The notes below the pieces were generated by a model that saw nothing but the letters and a program-made list of their open reading frames with translations, did no database searches and was not told where the DNA came from. A DNA stretch of 64,000 nucleotides, taken from the NCBI GenBank assembly GCA_046861385.1, contig JBHHTW010000009.1, positions 1 through 64,000 on the forward strand. Reading direction: 5' to 3'. This document shows, piece after piece, positions 50,110-59,038 of the stretch. Each line of letters begins with the position of its first letter. Position 1 is the stretch's first letter. A program made the translations under genes and the position numbers. The stretch is from Fidelibacterota bacterium (lineage in GTDB: Bacteria; Fidelibacterota; Marinisomatia; Marinisomatales; TCS55).

Positions 50110-50229
50110 AGAACTTTGCAAAACCCTTTTCTAATTTATCACACTACGGGGATAGGATATTAACTTCATCATTTTGTTGTCAGGTTTTATGCGAAAAATA
50201 GTCTATTTGAACCTATATCCATCATCAAT

Positions 50230-51732
50230 ATGATAAAACTCAAAGATACCCATTCCATCCACTCGTCTTATATTATTTTACTATTTGGAGTATGGAGTAT
50301 ACTATTAGGCTCACTGATTAAAAGCAGTTACTTCGATGATTCATCAAATGTGAACATTGTCAGCCTAGCATCAGGAATTAAAGATATACCCACTGACTCA
50401 GAGTGGATGACGATCACCCATCATGGAAAAAAAATGGGTTACTCAGTTTATTCTGTCTCAAACCTGGGAGATCAAGGATACTCAGTAACGAGTACAGCTC
50501 ATCTTAATTTGTCGGTTGCCGGTGTGGAGACAAAAATATTAATGAAAAATAATGTAAAAGTGGATACACTTTTCAGATTGAGTTCATTTGATTTTCATCT
50601 GAAATCGGATCAATATATTACAGCCGTGACCGGAAAGAAGACGGGTCAGACGCTGCATCTGACTTTACAACATGGAACAGAAAGTGCGTCGAAAGAAATT
50701 CAAGTCCCTGATGAAATTTATACTTATCTCAGCATCCAACCAATGGTCGCGTGGCAGGGAATCACAATGGGAGATAAAATAATACTCCCGGCCTTTGACC
50801 CGGTTACGATGGAAACCAGTCAAGTGGAAATCACCCATGAAGGAAAGGAAGACCTTATTATTGGTGAAACGAATTATCGATTAAACAAAATCCGGGTTTT
50901 GTTTAAAGGTGTGCCATCCATCCTTTGGCTGGATGATAATGGATTAACCTTCAGAGAAGAAACGATCATGGGATTAGTCATGGAGAAAACAACACCGGAC
51001 CAGGCTCTTCAGATGCAATACAACGTCGGTGAAATTGATCTGATGGACGTATATGCCATTCCGGTTAAACCACCCATAAAAGATCCGGCGTCATTGTTGG
51101 GATTGACTCTTGAAATCGATGGTATCGATCCAAAGCTTTTACAGAAATTCAATACAGATCGACAGAAAATAATTCAGGAGAATCCTATTCATCTCCGCCT
51201 GCGCCCGGCACCTGTTTCTCGCCAAGCGGCATCACTGGATACATTTCTTGTTTCAAATAGTATTATTCAATGTACAAATCCTATAATTGTAGAATTAGCA
51301 CGAGAAATCACCCAAAATGAAGAAACAAAACTCGATAAGGTGAATCGGTTAAATGATTGGGTTTATCATTACCTGAAAAAACGCCCTGTTGTATCTCTTT
51401 CCTCTGCTTTGGAGATACTCGACGGAAAACAAGGTGATTGCAGCGAACATACAACTCTATTTACCACATTAACACGCAGCGCCGGTATTCCAACCAAAAT
51501 TCACATCGGATTGGTGTATCTCCAAGGAAGATTTCTTTATCATGCCTGGCCTGTGGTTAATCTAGACGGGCAATGGATCGCGATGGATCCTACGCTTGGG
51601 CAACCGGTGGCTGATGCAACTCACATCACCTTATTAGAAGGGGATTTTAATAATATAACAGAACTCATTAACTTGTTGGGACGTGTTAAAATCCGCATTA
51701 TTGAACAAACATACGAGAAACCATTATTATGA
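50230..51732 (+). CDS. Membrane-anchored transglutaminase-like protein
   Basis: N-terminal TM; Cys-His-Asp triad GDCSEH, YHAW, DPT. Confidence 0.88.
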   Translation: MIKLKDTHSIHSSYIILLFGVWSILLGSLIKSSYFDDSSNVNIVSLASGIKDIPTDSEWMTITHHGKKMGYSVYSVSNLGDQGYSVTSTAHLNLSVAGVETKILMKNNVKVDTLFRLSSFDFHLKSDQYITAVTGKKTGQTLHLTLQHGTESASKEIQVPDEIYTYLSIQPMVAWQGITMGDKIILPAFDPVTMETSQVEITHEGKEDLIIGETNYRLNKIRVLFKGVPSILWLDDNGLTFREETIMGLVMEKTTPDQALQMQYNVGEIDLMDVYAIPVKPPIKDPASLLGLTLEIDGIDPKLLQKFNTDRQKIIQENPIHLRLRPAPVSRQAASLDTFLVSNSIIQCTNPIIVELAREITQNEETKLDKVNRLNDWVYHYLKKRPVVSLSSALEILDGKQGDCSEHTTLFTTLTRSAGIPTKIHIGLVYLQGRFLYHAWPVVNLDGQWIAMDPTLGQPVADATHITLLEGDFNNITELINLLGRVKIRIIEQTYEKPLL

Positions 51733-52484
51733 TAGAACTAAAGCGTATTTCGAAATCATTTGATTCATTGGTTGCAGTTGATTCTGTTTCCCTCAAAGTG
51801 GAGCCTGGAGAAATATTCAGTTTTTTAGGACCCAATGGAGCCGGAAAAACCACTACAATTAAAATGATGGTAGGACTCATGACCCCGGATTCCGGATCCA
51901 TCCGCATTAATGGCGCCAATATCGTCGAGGAACCTATCAAAACAAAAATGATGATTGGTTATGTTCCCGATGCTCCCTTTCTGTATGATAAACTGACAGG
52001 AGGTGAATTCTTAAGTATTATTGGAAGTCTATATCAAATGGATCATAAAAAAATGAGAAAAGGGCTTCGATTGATAATAAACCAGTTAGATATGAATGAA
52101 TGGATTTCCGATAGGGTGGAGGGGTACTCTCAAGGGATGAGACAACGATTGGCTTTCGCAGCGGCATTTTTGCACGATCCAAAAGTGATTATTCTCGACG
52201 AACCAACGGTGGGTCTTGATCCGAAAACCGCAAGAAAAATAAAGGATATGCTTAAAGAAAAAGCACAAGAGGGTATAACTATTTTTCTCTCAACTCATAA
52301 TCTTAATGTGGCAGAAGAATTGTCTGACAGAATCGCCATCATCAATCGAGGAACTATCCTTGGTATTGGAACGGTCGAATCATTTCAAACATCTAAGCAA
52401 CATGAGGGGAGCCTTGAAGATCTTTTCTTAGATATTGTGGAAGAAGAAGAAACCAATGTTACTGAAAACAAACCAATTCCATAA
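51729..52484 (+). CDS. ABC transporter ATPase
   Basis: GPNGAGKT, YSQGM, ILDEP, STH. Confidence 0.95.
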   Translation: MIELKRISKSFDSLVAVDSVSLKVEPGEIFSFLGPNGAGKTTTIKMMVGLMTPDSGSIRINGANIVEEPIKTKMMIGYVPDAPFLYDKLTGGEFLSIIGSLYQMDHKKMRKGLRLIINQLDMNEWISDRVEGYSQGMRQRLAFAAAFLHDPKVIILDEPTVGLDPKTARKIKDMLKEKAQEGITIFLSTHNLNVAEELSDRIAIINRGTILGIGTVESFQTSKQHEGSLEDLFLDIVEEEETNVTENKPIP

Positions 52485-52506
52485 TCTGATTTAACCTGAA
52501 TTTCAA

Positions 52507-54192
52507 ATGTCCTATTCATTCTTCATCCTCGAAATCAAGTTGCATGCATTTTTCACTCACATCAAAACAACGTTTCGGAAAAAGTGGCTGGAAACTTCTG
52601 TTTCACTGCTTATTATTGCTGGGTTAGCTGTTGGTGGATATACTCTGTTTGTAAAAGGAGCCTATTTCCTACTCGAGCAGGGGGAATTGGGTCTACTGTT
52701 GTTAAATCGAGTATTTTATATTAGTTGGTCCATTATTTTTTATCTTTTAATCCTTTCAAATATTATCGCCGCTTTATCCACCCTATACCGATCTCGTGAA
52801 GTCTCATTTTTAATAACCGTACCCCTTTCGTTCACTTCAATATTTCGATTGAAATTCGTTGAGAATCTTCTTTACAGTTCCTGGGCGATTCTTATACTTG
52901 GGTTACCAATCACATTCGCTTTTGGTATCGTAAAGTCTCTTTCAATTATGAAATTATTTATTCTCATTTTTGTTGGACTTTCCTCTTTTCTTGTGATAGC
53001 AACATCTATTAGTCTTATCATTTTGATGTTTGTTATCCGGTTGACTAAGTGGCTTCAGATGCGCACGGTAATTATTATTCTTGGGTTTATTTTTGTGTTT
53101 TTTCTATGGGTGTATTTTACTTTTAGTCAGCAGGATACACTCCTTACGGGAGACACGGCCAGTTTCAGGTTTATCAACCGGTATCTTGCCAACCTTTCGA
53201 GGACTCCATTTCCACTTATTCCAAGTTATTGGTTTAGCGAACTATTTAATGCCCTTTTACATTATCAATGGAAGGATATTATGTTTTATAGTGGATTATT
53301 TATCACAACTGGACTGGTGGGAATTGAAATATCAAGTTTTGTTGCGGGACGTCACTATTTTGCCAGTTATCAATTAATGGAAGGGACAGGACAAAGGGTT
53401 GCGACAACAGAGAAGCACCGAAATTCAAAAAGCGTTGAGATGACGAATAAGGTTCGTTGGCTTTCTCCCCAAATGAGAGGCTTAGTTGTGAAGGATATCC
53501 TTCAATTTATTCGAACGCCTCAGCAATGGATTCAATTTTTACTTCTTTCCTTATTTATTGGGATTTACTTGATTAATCTTTCCCGGGCTAACGTACAACT
53601 TCCACAACTATCTCCATTCTGGCAGAAAGCGATTTATTTATTGAACTTTGGGTTTAGCGGGTTTATCCTGGCGGCTCTGACGTCTCGGTTTGTATTTCCC
53701 CTCATCAGTTTGGAAGGAAAAAGTCTCTGGATCCTTATGGTTTCTCCAATTAGTTTATCAAAATTATTTAAAGAAAAATTCTGGGTTTCTTTTCTTATCT
53801 TTTTCACAATAGCAGAAATTGTCGCTGTCATGAGTAACTATTATTTGAGTCGACATTTATCATTCACACTCATAACGACTGTTTTTCTTTTATTAATGAG
53901 CGTGTCACTCATCAGTATTGCATTGGGATTTGGAGCAGTTTATCCCCAATTCAACGAAAGAAATCCCATGAGAATCAGCTCGAGCGCAGGGGGCATTATT
54001 ACCATTATGATTAGTCTGTTTTATGTTGCAATTATGGCGGGTTGTTTAGTTTGGATTGTAACATTATTGGAAAAGGGATCAACCTTATTCAGCTTGGTAC
54101 CGTTGATAACAGCCATTATCGTTTTTAATATTTTTTCAACCGTTATCCCCCTTTGGCTGGGATATAAAGCCCTGCTAAAAATCGAGCTGTGA
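52507..54192 (+). CDS. Putative ABC exporter permease
   Basis: Many TM helices, PSYW, KD...FIR, RFVFPLISLEG motif. Confidence 0.85.
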   Translation: MSYSFFILEIKLHAFFTHIKTTFRKKWLETSVSLLIIAGLAVGGYTLFVKGAYFLLEQGELGLLLLNRVFYISWSIIFYLLILSNIIAALSTLYRSREVSFLITVPLSFTSIFRLKFVENLLYSSWAILILGLPITFAFGIVKSLSIMKLFILIFVGLSSFLVIATSISLIILMFVIRLTKWLQMRTVIIILGFIFVFFLWVYFTFSQQDTLLTGDTASFRFINRYLANLSRTPFPLIPSYWFSELFNALLHYQWKDIMFYSGLFITTGLVGIEISSFVAGRHYFASYQLMEGTGQRVATTEKHRNSKSVEMTNKVRWLSPQMRGLVVKDILQFIRTPQQWIQFLLLSLFIGIYLINLSRANVQLPQLSPFWQKAIYLLNFGFSGFILAALTSRFVFPLISLEGKSLWILMVSPISLSKLFKEKFWVSFLIFFTIAEIVAVMSNYYLSRHLSFTLITTVFLLLMSVSLISIALGFGAVYPQFNERNPMRISSSAGGIITIMISLFYVAIMAGCLVWIVTLLEKGSTLFSLVPLITAIIVFNIFSTVIPLWLGYKALLKIEL

Positions 54193-54201
54193 TTTCTGAA
54201 G

Positions 54202-54345
54202 ACTAGTGTCGTTTCAAACCTATACTGACACAATCAAGTCTGGTTCTTTTTGTCATTAACTTCGTTGAATATCTTAACCATAGCTTTGCCTATGCTTAAT
54301 AATATTTACCTTATTAGTGCCTAAGAAAAATACCTGCGACTTTTT
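54202..54345. repeat. Possible decayed MITE-like intergenic repeat
   Basis: Starts ACTAGTGTCGTTTCAAAC and has a nested imperfect palindrome (TTTTTGTCATTAA..CATAG..CTATG..TTAGTGCCTAAGAAAAA); no matching right end seen. Confidence 0.3.
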
Positions 54346-54362
54346 ACATACTACAAACTTGA

Positions 54363-55073
54363 CTATTTATTCTGTGATTTTCGCAAAAGATTAATTTCCT
54401 CATTTGACAGTGTCCGCCATTGTCCAAAAGAAAGGCCTTTCACATCAATAGGACCATAACTTATCCTATGAAGAGAAAAGACTTTCCTGTTCATTTTATT
54501 CATGATTCGTCTGATTTCTCTATTTTTACCCTGGTGAAGTTCCAGGCGAACAATTGTACTTTTTTTTCGAGGAATTTGTCTAATGATGTTTGCTTTACCT
54601 TTTTGCCCCCAACCGATATAAATGCCGCGATCGATTTTTGTCATTTCTGTTTGATTAAATGATTGATTTATTTCAACATCGTAAATCCGGGAAACTTTAT
54701 TTTTTGGCAGCATCAATTCCTGAGCCAAATCCCCATCGTTTGTGAACAATAAGAGGCCGGTAGTATTCCGGTCTAAACGGCCTATGGTGAATAATCTTGG
54801 GTTTTGCGGGACCAATTCATTAACTGTCTTTCTATTTTTTGGATCGCTGGCAGTAGTGATATATCCTTTAGGCTTATTTAGTGCAATTACTGAAAGGTGT
54901 TGATCAATCGTTACACGTTTTCCATTGAAATAGATGGAATCATTCGGTGAAACGTCAAAGGCAGGATCCGTTTGTAAGACACCGTTGACAATGGTGGTAG
55001 CTTCTTGGATTAATCGATCTGATTCCCTTCGTGAAGCAACGCCGGCTTTTGCCAGGAATTTATTTAACCGCAT
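54363..55073 (-). CDS. rluB: 23S rRNA pseudouridine synthase (RluB/RsuA family)
   Basis: MRLNKFLAKAGVASRR S4 domain, NKPKG, GRLD, GKNREIRR; follows scpAB. Confidence 0.9.
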   Translation of the reverse strand: MRLNKFLAKAGVASRRESDRLIQEATTIVNGVLQTDPAFDVSPNDSIYFNGKRVTIDQHLSVIALNKPKGYITTASDPKNRKTVNELVPQNPRLFTIGRLDRNTTGLLLFTNDGDLAQELMLPKNKVSRIYDVEINQSFNQTEMTKIDRGIYIGWGQKGKANIIRQIPRKKSTIVRLELHQGKNREIRRIMNKMNRKVFSLHRISYGPIDVKGLSFGQWRTLSNEEINLLRKSQNK

Positions 55074-55109
55074 AACATTAATATCCGCGGGTTAAATTAT
55101 TACTCCGCA

Positions 55110-55727
55110 TCATGCGGAGGGTGTATCGATCGGTTGGTCTATTTCAGGTGTTTGATGAGTCGGTGCATGAACAAATGCTTCTAGTTGGGATTCAACATCG
55201 GCATCGGCGAGTTCATTAATTTCTTTCAGTTTTGGCATATCAGAAATTCTGTTGATTCCAAAATGCTCTAAAAACGCTTCAGTAGTACCATATAGCAAGG
55301 GACGCCCGGGACCAATATCCCGTCCTTTTATTTTGATCAAGCTGCGATCTAAAATAGTTTTTAATACGCCGGTACTATCTACACCTCGAATAGCTTCAAT
55401 CTCATATCGACTTACGGGTTGTTTATATGCTACAATCGCTAAAGTTTCCAGTGCAGCTTGCGATAAAGTCAGCTTACCCGATTTATTAAACGCTCGCCTG
55501 ATCCATGTTTCATATTCGGGTTTTGTGGTCAATTGATAACCGCCAGCTACCTTTTGAATTTCCAAGGGACGTTGTTCTTTTTCAAATTGATTTGATAAAC
55601 GATCAATTATTTCAACCAACTCCGGTGCATCATTCACAAAGACCAGATTGATCTTTGCTTGAGTTAAAGGTTCAGATGATGCAAAAAGAAGTGCTTCAAC
55701 GATATTTTGTTGTTCTGTATGATTCAA
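55110..55727 (-). CDS. scpB: SMC-Scp subunit ScpB
   Basis: EALLFAS, LSQAALETLAIVAYKQP, IRGV, GRPLLYGTT. Confidence 0.97.
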   Translation of the reverse strand: MNHTEQQNIVEALLFASSEPLTQAKINLVFVNDAPELVEIIDRLSNQFEKEQRPLEIQKVAGGYQLTTKPEYETWIRRAFNKSGKLTLSQAALETLAIVAYKQPVSRYEIEAIRGVDSTGVLKTILDRSLIKIKGRDIGPGRPLLYGTTEAFLEHFGINRISDMPKLKEINELADADVESQLEAFVHAPTHQTPEIDQPIDTPSA

Positions 55728-55728
55728 A

Positions 55729-56454
55729 TTATGCTTTCGCTGTTAAGAGTTGAATTTCAAGTTCGCCAAATATTTCATTCTGTACAACAGTAATTTGATG
55801 CAAACGAATTAAGTCTAAAATGGCTAAAAAAGTTACCACGATTTCAAGTTTTGATTGCAGCTGATTGAGTAATGTGGAAAATCGCAGGCGACCGTCGCCA
55901 TCAAATGATCTTATCACTACTTCTTTTTGATTATCCAAAAGAACCGTTTCACCTTGAAGTTCGTAAGACCTCATAACCGGCTTATTGTCCATGGCAATTT
56001 TAAACGCTTTTGCAATATCGTAAAGATTCACATTTTTCAATATGATGTTAATTTCCTCCGGTTCATCGGAAATGAACAATGAGTTTCCTGATGAAAATAC
56101 ATGGCTTCGGTTTTCAGCGAATGAACTTAAAGATTCTGATGCTTCCTTAAATCGTGAGTATTCCAATAATTGATTGATTAATTCATTTCTTGGATCAATA
56201 ATTTCATCATTTTCATCCAAATCAGGACGGGGTATAAGCATTTTTGATTTTATCCGCATCAGTGTGGATGCCATATCAATGAATTCACCCGCAACAGAAA
56301 TATTTAAATGTCTCATTTCTTCGATAGTATCAATGAATTCCTGGGTAATGTTGGCAATAGGAATATCATAGATGTCAATTTCATCTCTTCGAATAAAATA
56401 CAACAGTAGGTCGAGTGGACCTTCAAAGTTATTTAAATGAACCCGATAAGTCAT
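55729..56454 (-). CDS. scpA: SMC-Scp subunit ScpA
   Basis: FEGPLDLLL, IDIYDIPI, IKSKML, VVTFLAILDL. Confidence 0.97.
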   Translation of the reverse strand: MTYRVHLNNFEGPLDLLLYFIRRDEIDIYDIPIANITQEFIDTIEEMRHLNISVAGEFIDMASTLMRIKSKMLIPRPDLDENDEIIDPRNELINQLLEYSRFKEASESLSSFAENRSHVFSSGNSLFISDEPEEINIILKNVNLYDIAKAFKIAMDNKPVMRSYELQGETVLLDNQKEVVIRSFDGDGRLRFSTLLNQLQSKLEIVVTFLAILDLIRLHQITVVQNEIFGELEIQLLTAKA

Positions 56455-57422
56455 ACTCGATAATTTAACCCCGTTACGTTCCTGGCTTGAATTAAAAATG
56501 GTTCGGCAACCGTCGATGCTTTTTCAGCTCCGATCTGAAGTGTTTCGTATACTAAATCTTTATGGTTTTCCAAATAATTTCTTTTTTCCCTAAAGGACTG
56601 AAAATGATCCATTACCTGGGAAAATAAGGATTTTTTAATATCACCATAACCGGTGCCGGGAGTTATGAATTTGTCTCTTAATTCAGACTTTTCTTCATCA
56701 TTTAAAAATAAACTATATAACTGAAACAATGGGCAATCCGGATTTTTTCTCTCATTAACTCCTGTTGAATCAGTTACAATCGACATAATTTTTTTTCTGA
56801 TTATTTTTTCATCTCCAAAAATCGGTATTGAATTATGATATGACTTACTCATCTTTTGACCATCAATGCCGGGCACCAGTTGTTTTTCTTGGTCGATATC
56901 GGCTTCAGGAATTACAAATACATCACCAAATGTTTGATTAAACCGAATGGCAATATCTCTTGTCATTTCCACATGTTGTTTTTGATCTTTTCCCACCGGA
57001 ACGATTTCTCCTCCAAACAATAAAATATCAGACGCCATCAGTATTGGATATGAAAATAAACCCACGTTTGGTTTCAATCCTTTTCCCAATTTATCTTTAT
57101 ATGAGGTACCCCTTTCAAGCATCCCCACACCGATGATAGTTGATAATATCCACGTGAGTTCGGTTACAAGGGGAACGTCACTTTGAACCCAAAATGTCGA
57201 TTGTTTCGCATCCATCCCCAATGCTAAAAAATCCATTGCGGCGCTTACCGTATTTTCACGCAACTTTTTTGCATCTTTGGTAGATGTCATGGCATGGTAA
57301 TCTACTATAAAACAAAATAGGTCGTTTTCTTCCTGATAGTGGATCATGCGCTGCATCATGCCAAAATAGTTACCTAAATGCAGTTGACCTGAAGGTTGAA
57401 TTCCGCTTAAAACTCGTTTCAA
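56451..57422 (-). CDS. trpS: Tryptophanyl-tRNA synthetase
   Basis: SGIQPSG, HLGN, VPVGKDQ, KMSKS; TTG start at 57422 after GGAGG. Confidence 0.97.
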   Translation of the reverse strand: MKRVLSGIQPSGQLHLGNYFGMMQRMIHYQEENDLFCFIVDYHAMTSTKDAKKLRENTVSAAMDFLALGMDAKQSTFWVQSDVPLVTELTWILSTIIGVGMLERGTSYKDKLGKGLKPNVGLFSYPILMASDILLFGGEIVPVGKDQKQHVEMTRDIAIRFNQTFGDVFVIPEADIDQEKQLVPGIDGQKMSKSYHNSIPIFGDEKIIRKKIMSIVTDSTGVNERKNPDCPLFQLYSLFLNDEEKSELRDKFITPGTGYGDIKKSLFSQVMDHFQSFREKRNYLENHKDLVYETLQIGAEKASTVAEPFLIQARNVTGLNYRV

Positions 57423-57955
57423 AATGCCTCCAAAAATAAATAAGGCCGCCATGCGGCTTGATCGTGATTAATGAATTGTTGGAAATAGTGAATGCGATTG
57501 GGTTTCCTTGGCATTCGGCTCAAAGACATGTTGACTTCTTCCGGCGTTCTGTTACCTTTTTTAATATTACAGCTTTGACATGCTGCAACTAAATTATCCC
57601 AGCGATCCAATCCGCCATGCTCTCTCGGAATAATATGATCAATCGTCAGCTTATTTGATTTACTTCCGCAATATTGACAGGTCTGTTTATCGCGAAGCAT
57701 AATGTTTTTACGGCTTAATACAACATCCATACTGTTATAATGGATGTAATCTCTCAGTTTCACGATGCTGGGTAACTTTTCTGTAATTGAAGGTGAATGA
57801 ACTTCTTCCTGGTATGTTTCAACGACTTCTACTTTTTCAAGATATTTGAGAATAATGGCTTTCTTTGCAGTGCAAATCATCAAGGGAGCATAATTCATGT
57901 TCAGCATGAGAACTGCTTTATTTAGGGGTAAGCCGTTGTTGGAAGTATGGAACAT
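57419..57955 (-). CDS. HNH endonuclease family protein
   Basis: VLMLN, RDKQTCQYC, TIDHIIP, NLVAACQSCNIKK. Confidence 0.93.
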   Translation of the reverse strand: MFHTSNNGLPLNKAVLMLNMNYAPLMICTAKKAIILKYLEKVEVVETYQEEVHSPSITEKLPSIVKLRDYIHYNSMDVVLSRKNIMLRDKQTCQYCGSKSNKLTIDHIIPREHGGLDRWDNLVAACQSCNIKKGNRTPEEVNMSLSRMPRKPNRIHYFQQFINHDQAAWRPYLFLEAF

Positions 57956-57957
57956 AG

Positions 57958-58749
57958 TCAGGAGTTTAATACTTCTTCGATAGAAAAAGCTTTTACAAAT
58001 AGATTAGAAAGCTTTTTGCTAAAATGTGCATTTTTTCTATCCAAACTCTCAATTCGAACCCATCCTCTTGCATTTATTAAATTTAAACCACCTAAACTAA
58101 TTGCCACGTGACTAATTTGATCACCTTCAGCAAAAAATAACAAATCCCCATTTTTAATATTTTCTAATTCAATGTCATTTTGTAAATGGTCGGCTTGCTG
58201 ATGGGAATCCCGAGGAAATTCTATCCCATGAGCCTTAAAAATCGTTTGCACAAACCCGGAGCAGTCGAAGCCTTGTGTTGATTTTCCACCCCATTGATAT
58301 GGTATTCCTAAAAATGATTTTGCAAGATTAGTAATGGATTCTCGAGACGGAGTCATTGGATGCATCCTTAATCCATTCTTAATCGATCCTTGTTGACCAT
58401 CTGGGAGTGTTACAATATATTTGTTCTCATTCTCAGTAACAGATAATTGGCCACCAAAGTTTATTGTGCGAATAGGGACATTATTTTCATTATAAACAAT
58501 GCCATGAGAATTAAAAAAAGTAGAATTTGAAGCATATTTTTCTTTCTGTATAATTCCATAGAATCCATTTACCCAACCTTCATAACCATCCCACTGTTTT
58601 ATGTTGTACCAATTTTCAGATTGTCCAATAACAGGGCAAGATTCTCCCAATAGAGCTTGGGTCGTTACCGCAGAATTGAATGACGGCTTTTTATAAACAT
58701 TCATTACAGAAACATTAATGATAAAATAATACATACGTTTTTTGCTCAA
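57958..58749 (-). CDS. SH3b + NlpC/P60 peptidase
   Basis: TQALLGE, DGYEGWV, PYQWGG, GFDCSG, GDLLFF, HVAI. Confidence 0.92.
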   Translation of the reverse strand: MSKKRMYYFIINVSVMNVYKKPSFNSAVTTQALLGESCPVIGQSENWYNIKQWDGYEGWVNGFYGIIQKEKYASNSTFFNSHGIVYNENNVPIRTINFGGQLSVTENENKYIVTLPDGQQGSIKNGLRMHPMTPSRESITNLAKSFLGIPYQWGGKSTQGFDCSGFVQTIFKAHGIEFPRDSHQQADHLQNDIELENIKNGDLLFFAEGDQISHVAISLGGLNLINARGWVRIESLDRKNAHFSKKLSNLFVKAFSIEEVLNS

Positions 58750-58816
58750 ATTTCAACGGCAAATTTATTCCACGTTTTTTCATAATCCCAATATAACATT
58801 ACAGGATAATTGATCT

Positions 58817-58845
58817 TTGAACCAATCCATAGTTTAATTTAAAAT
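58817..58845 (+). promoter_or_regulatory. Putative sigma70 promoter of the riboswitch-btuB transcript
   Basis: TTGAAC-17 nt-TAAAAT, 12 nt before the riboswitch P1. Confidence 0.6.
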
Positions 58846-58857
58846 CTTGAGTTCTTT

Positions 58858-58979
58858 TACACTACTTTGTTTCAGGGAAGCCCGTTGAAACCGGGCACAG
58901 TTCCCGCTACTGTAAATGCAAGTGCATGAGTCAGGAACCTGGGCAGATAGTGTATCCACTAATCTTCGGGATAAAGGTT
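58858..58979 (+). ncRNA. Cobalamin riboswitch (compact)
   Basis: P1 TACACTA/TAGTGTA; AGGGAA; GCCCG-TTGAAAC-CGGGC; CAGT-TCCCGCT-ACTG; B12 box GAGTCAGGAACCTG; P13 loop CGGGA complementary to L5 TCCCG; lies upstream of a TBDR. Confidence 0.92.
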
Positions 58980-59010
58980 ATGATACGTTTTGGTTTAACT
59001 AATCGTACAT

Positions 59011-59037
59011 AACCCCTTAAAATGAAAGGGGTTTTTT
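59011..59037 (+). terminator. Riboswitch terminator / SD-sequestering hairpin
   Basis: AACCCCTT-AAAATGA-AAGGGGTT-TTTT, 1 nt before ATG 59039. Confidence 0.75.
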
Positions 59038-59038
59038 A

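Noticed and set aside
50108-50130. GAGAACTTTGCAAAACCC as an IS or MITE end
   Set aside because: No partner end or TSD found nearby.
51729-52484. This ATPase as the missing ZnuC
   Set aside because: It is exporter-like and coupled to the transglutaminase and permease genes.
57419-57955. HNH nuclease as a homing or defence element
   Set aside because: Tightly coupled within a housekeeping run (NlpC/P60-HNH-trpS-scpAB-rluB) with no insertion marks.
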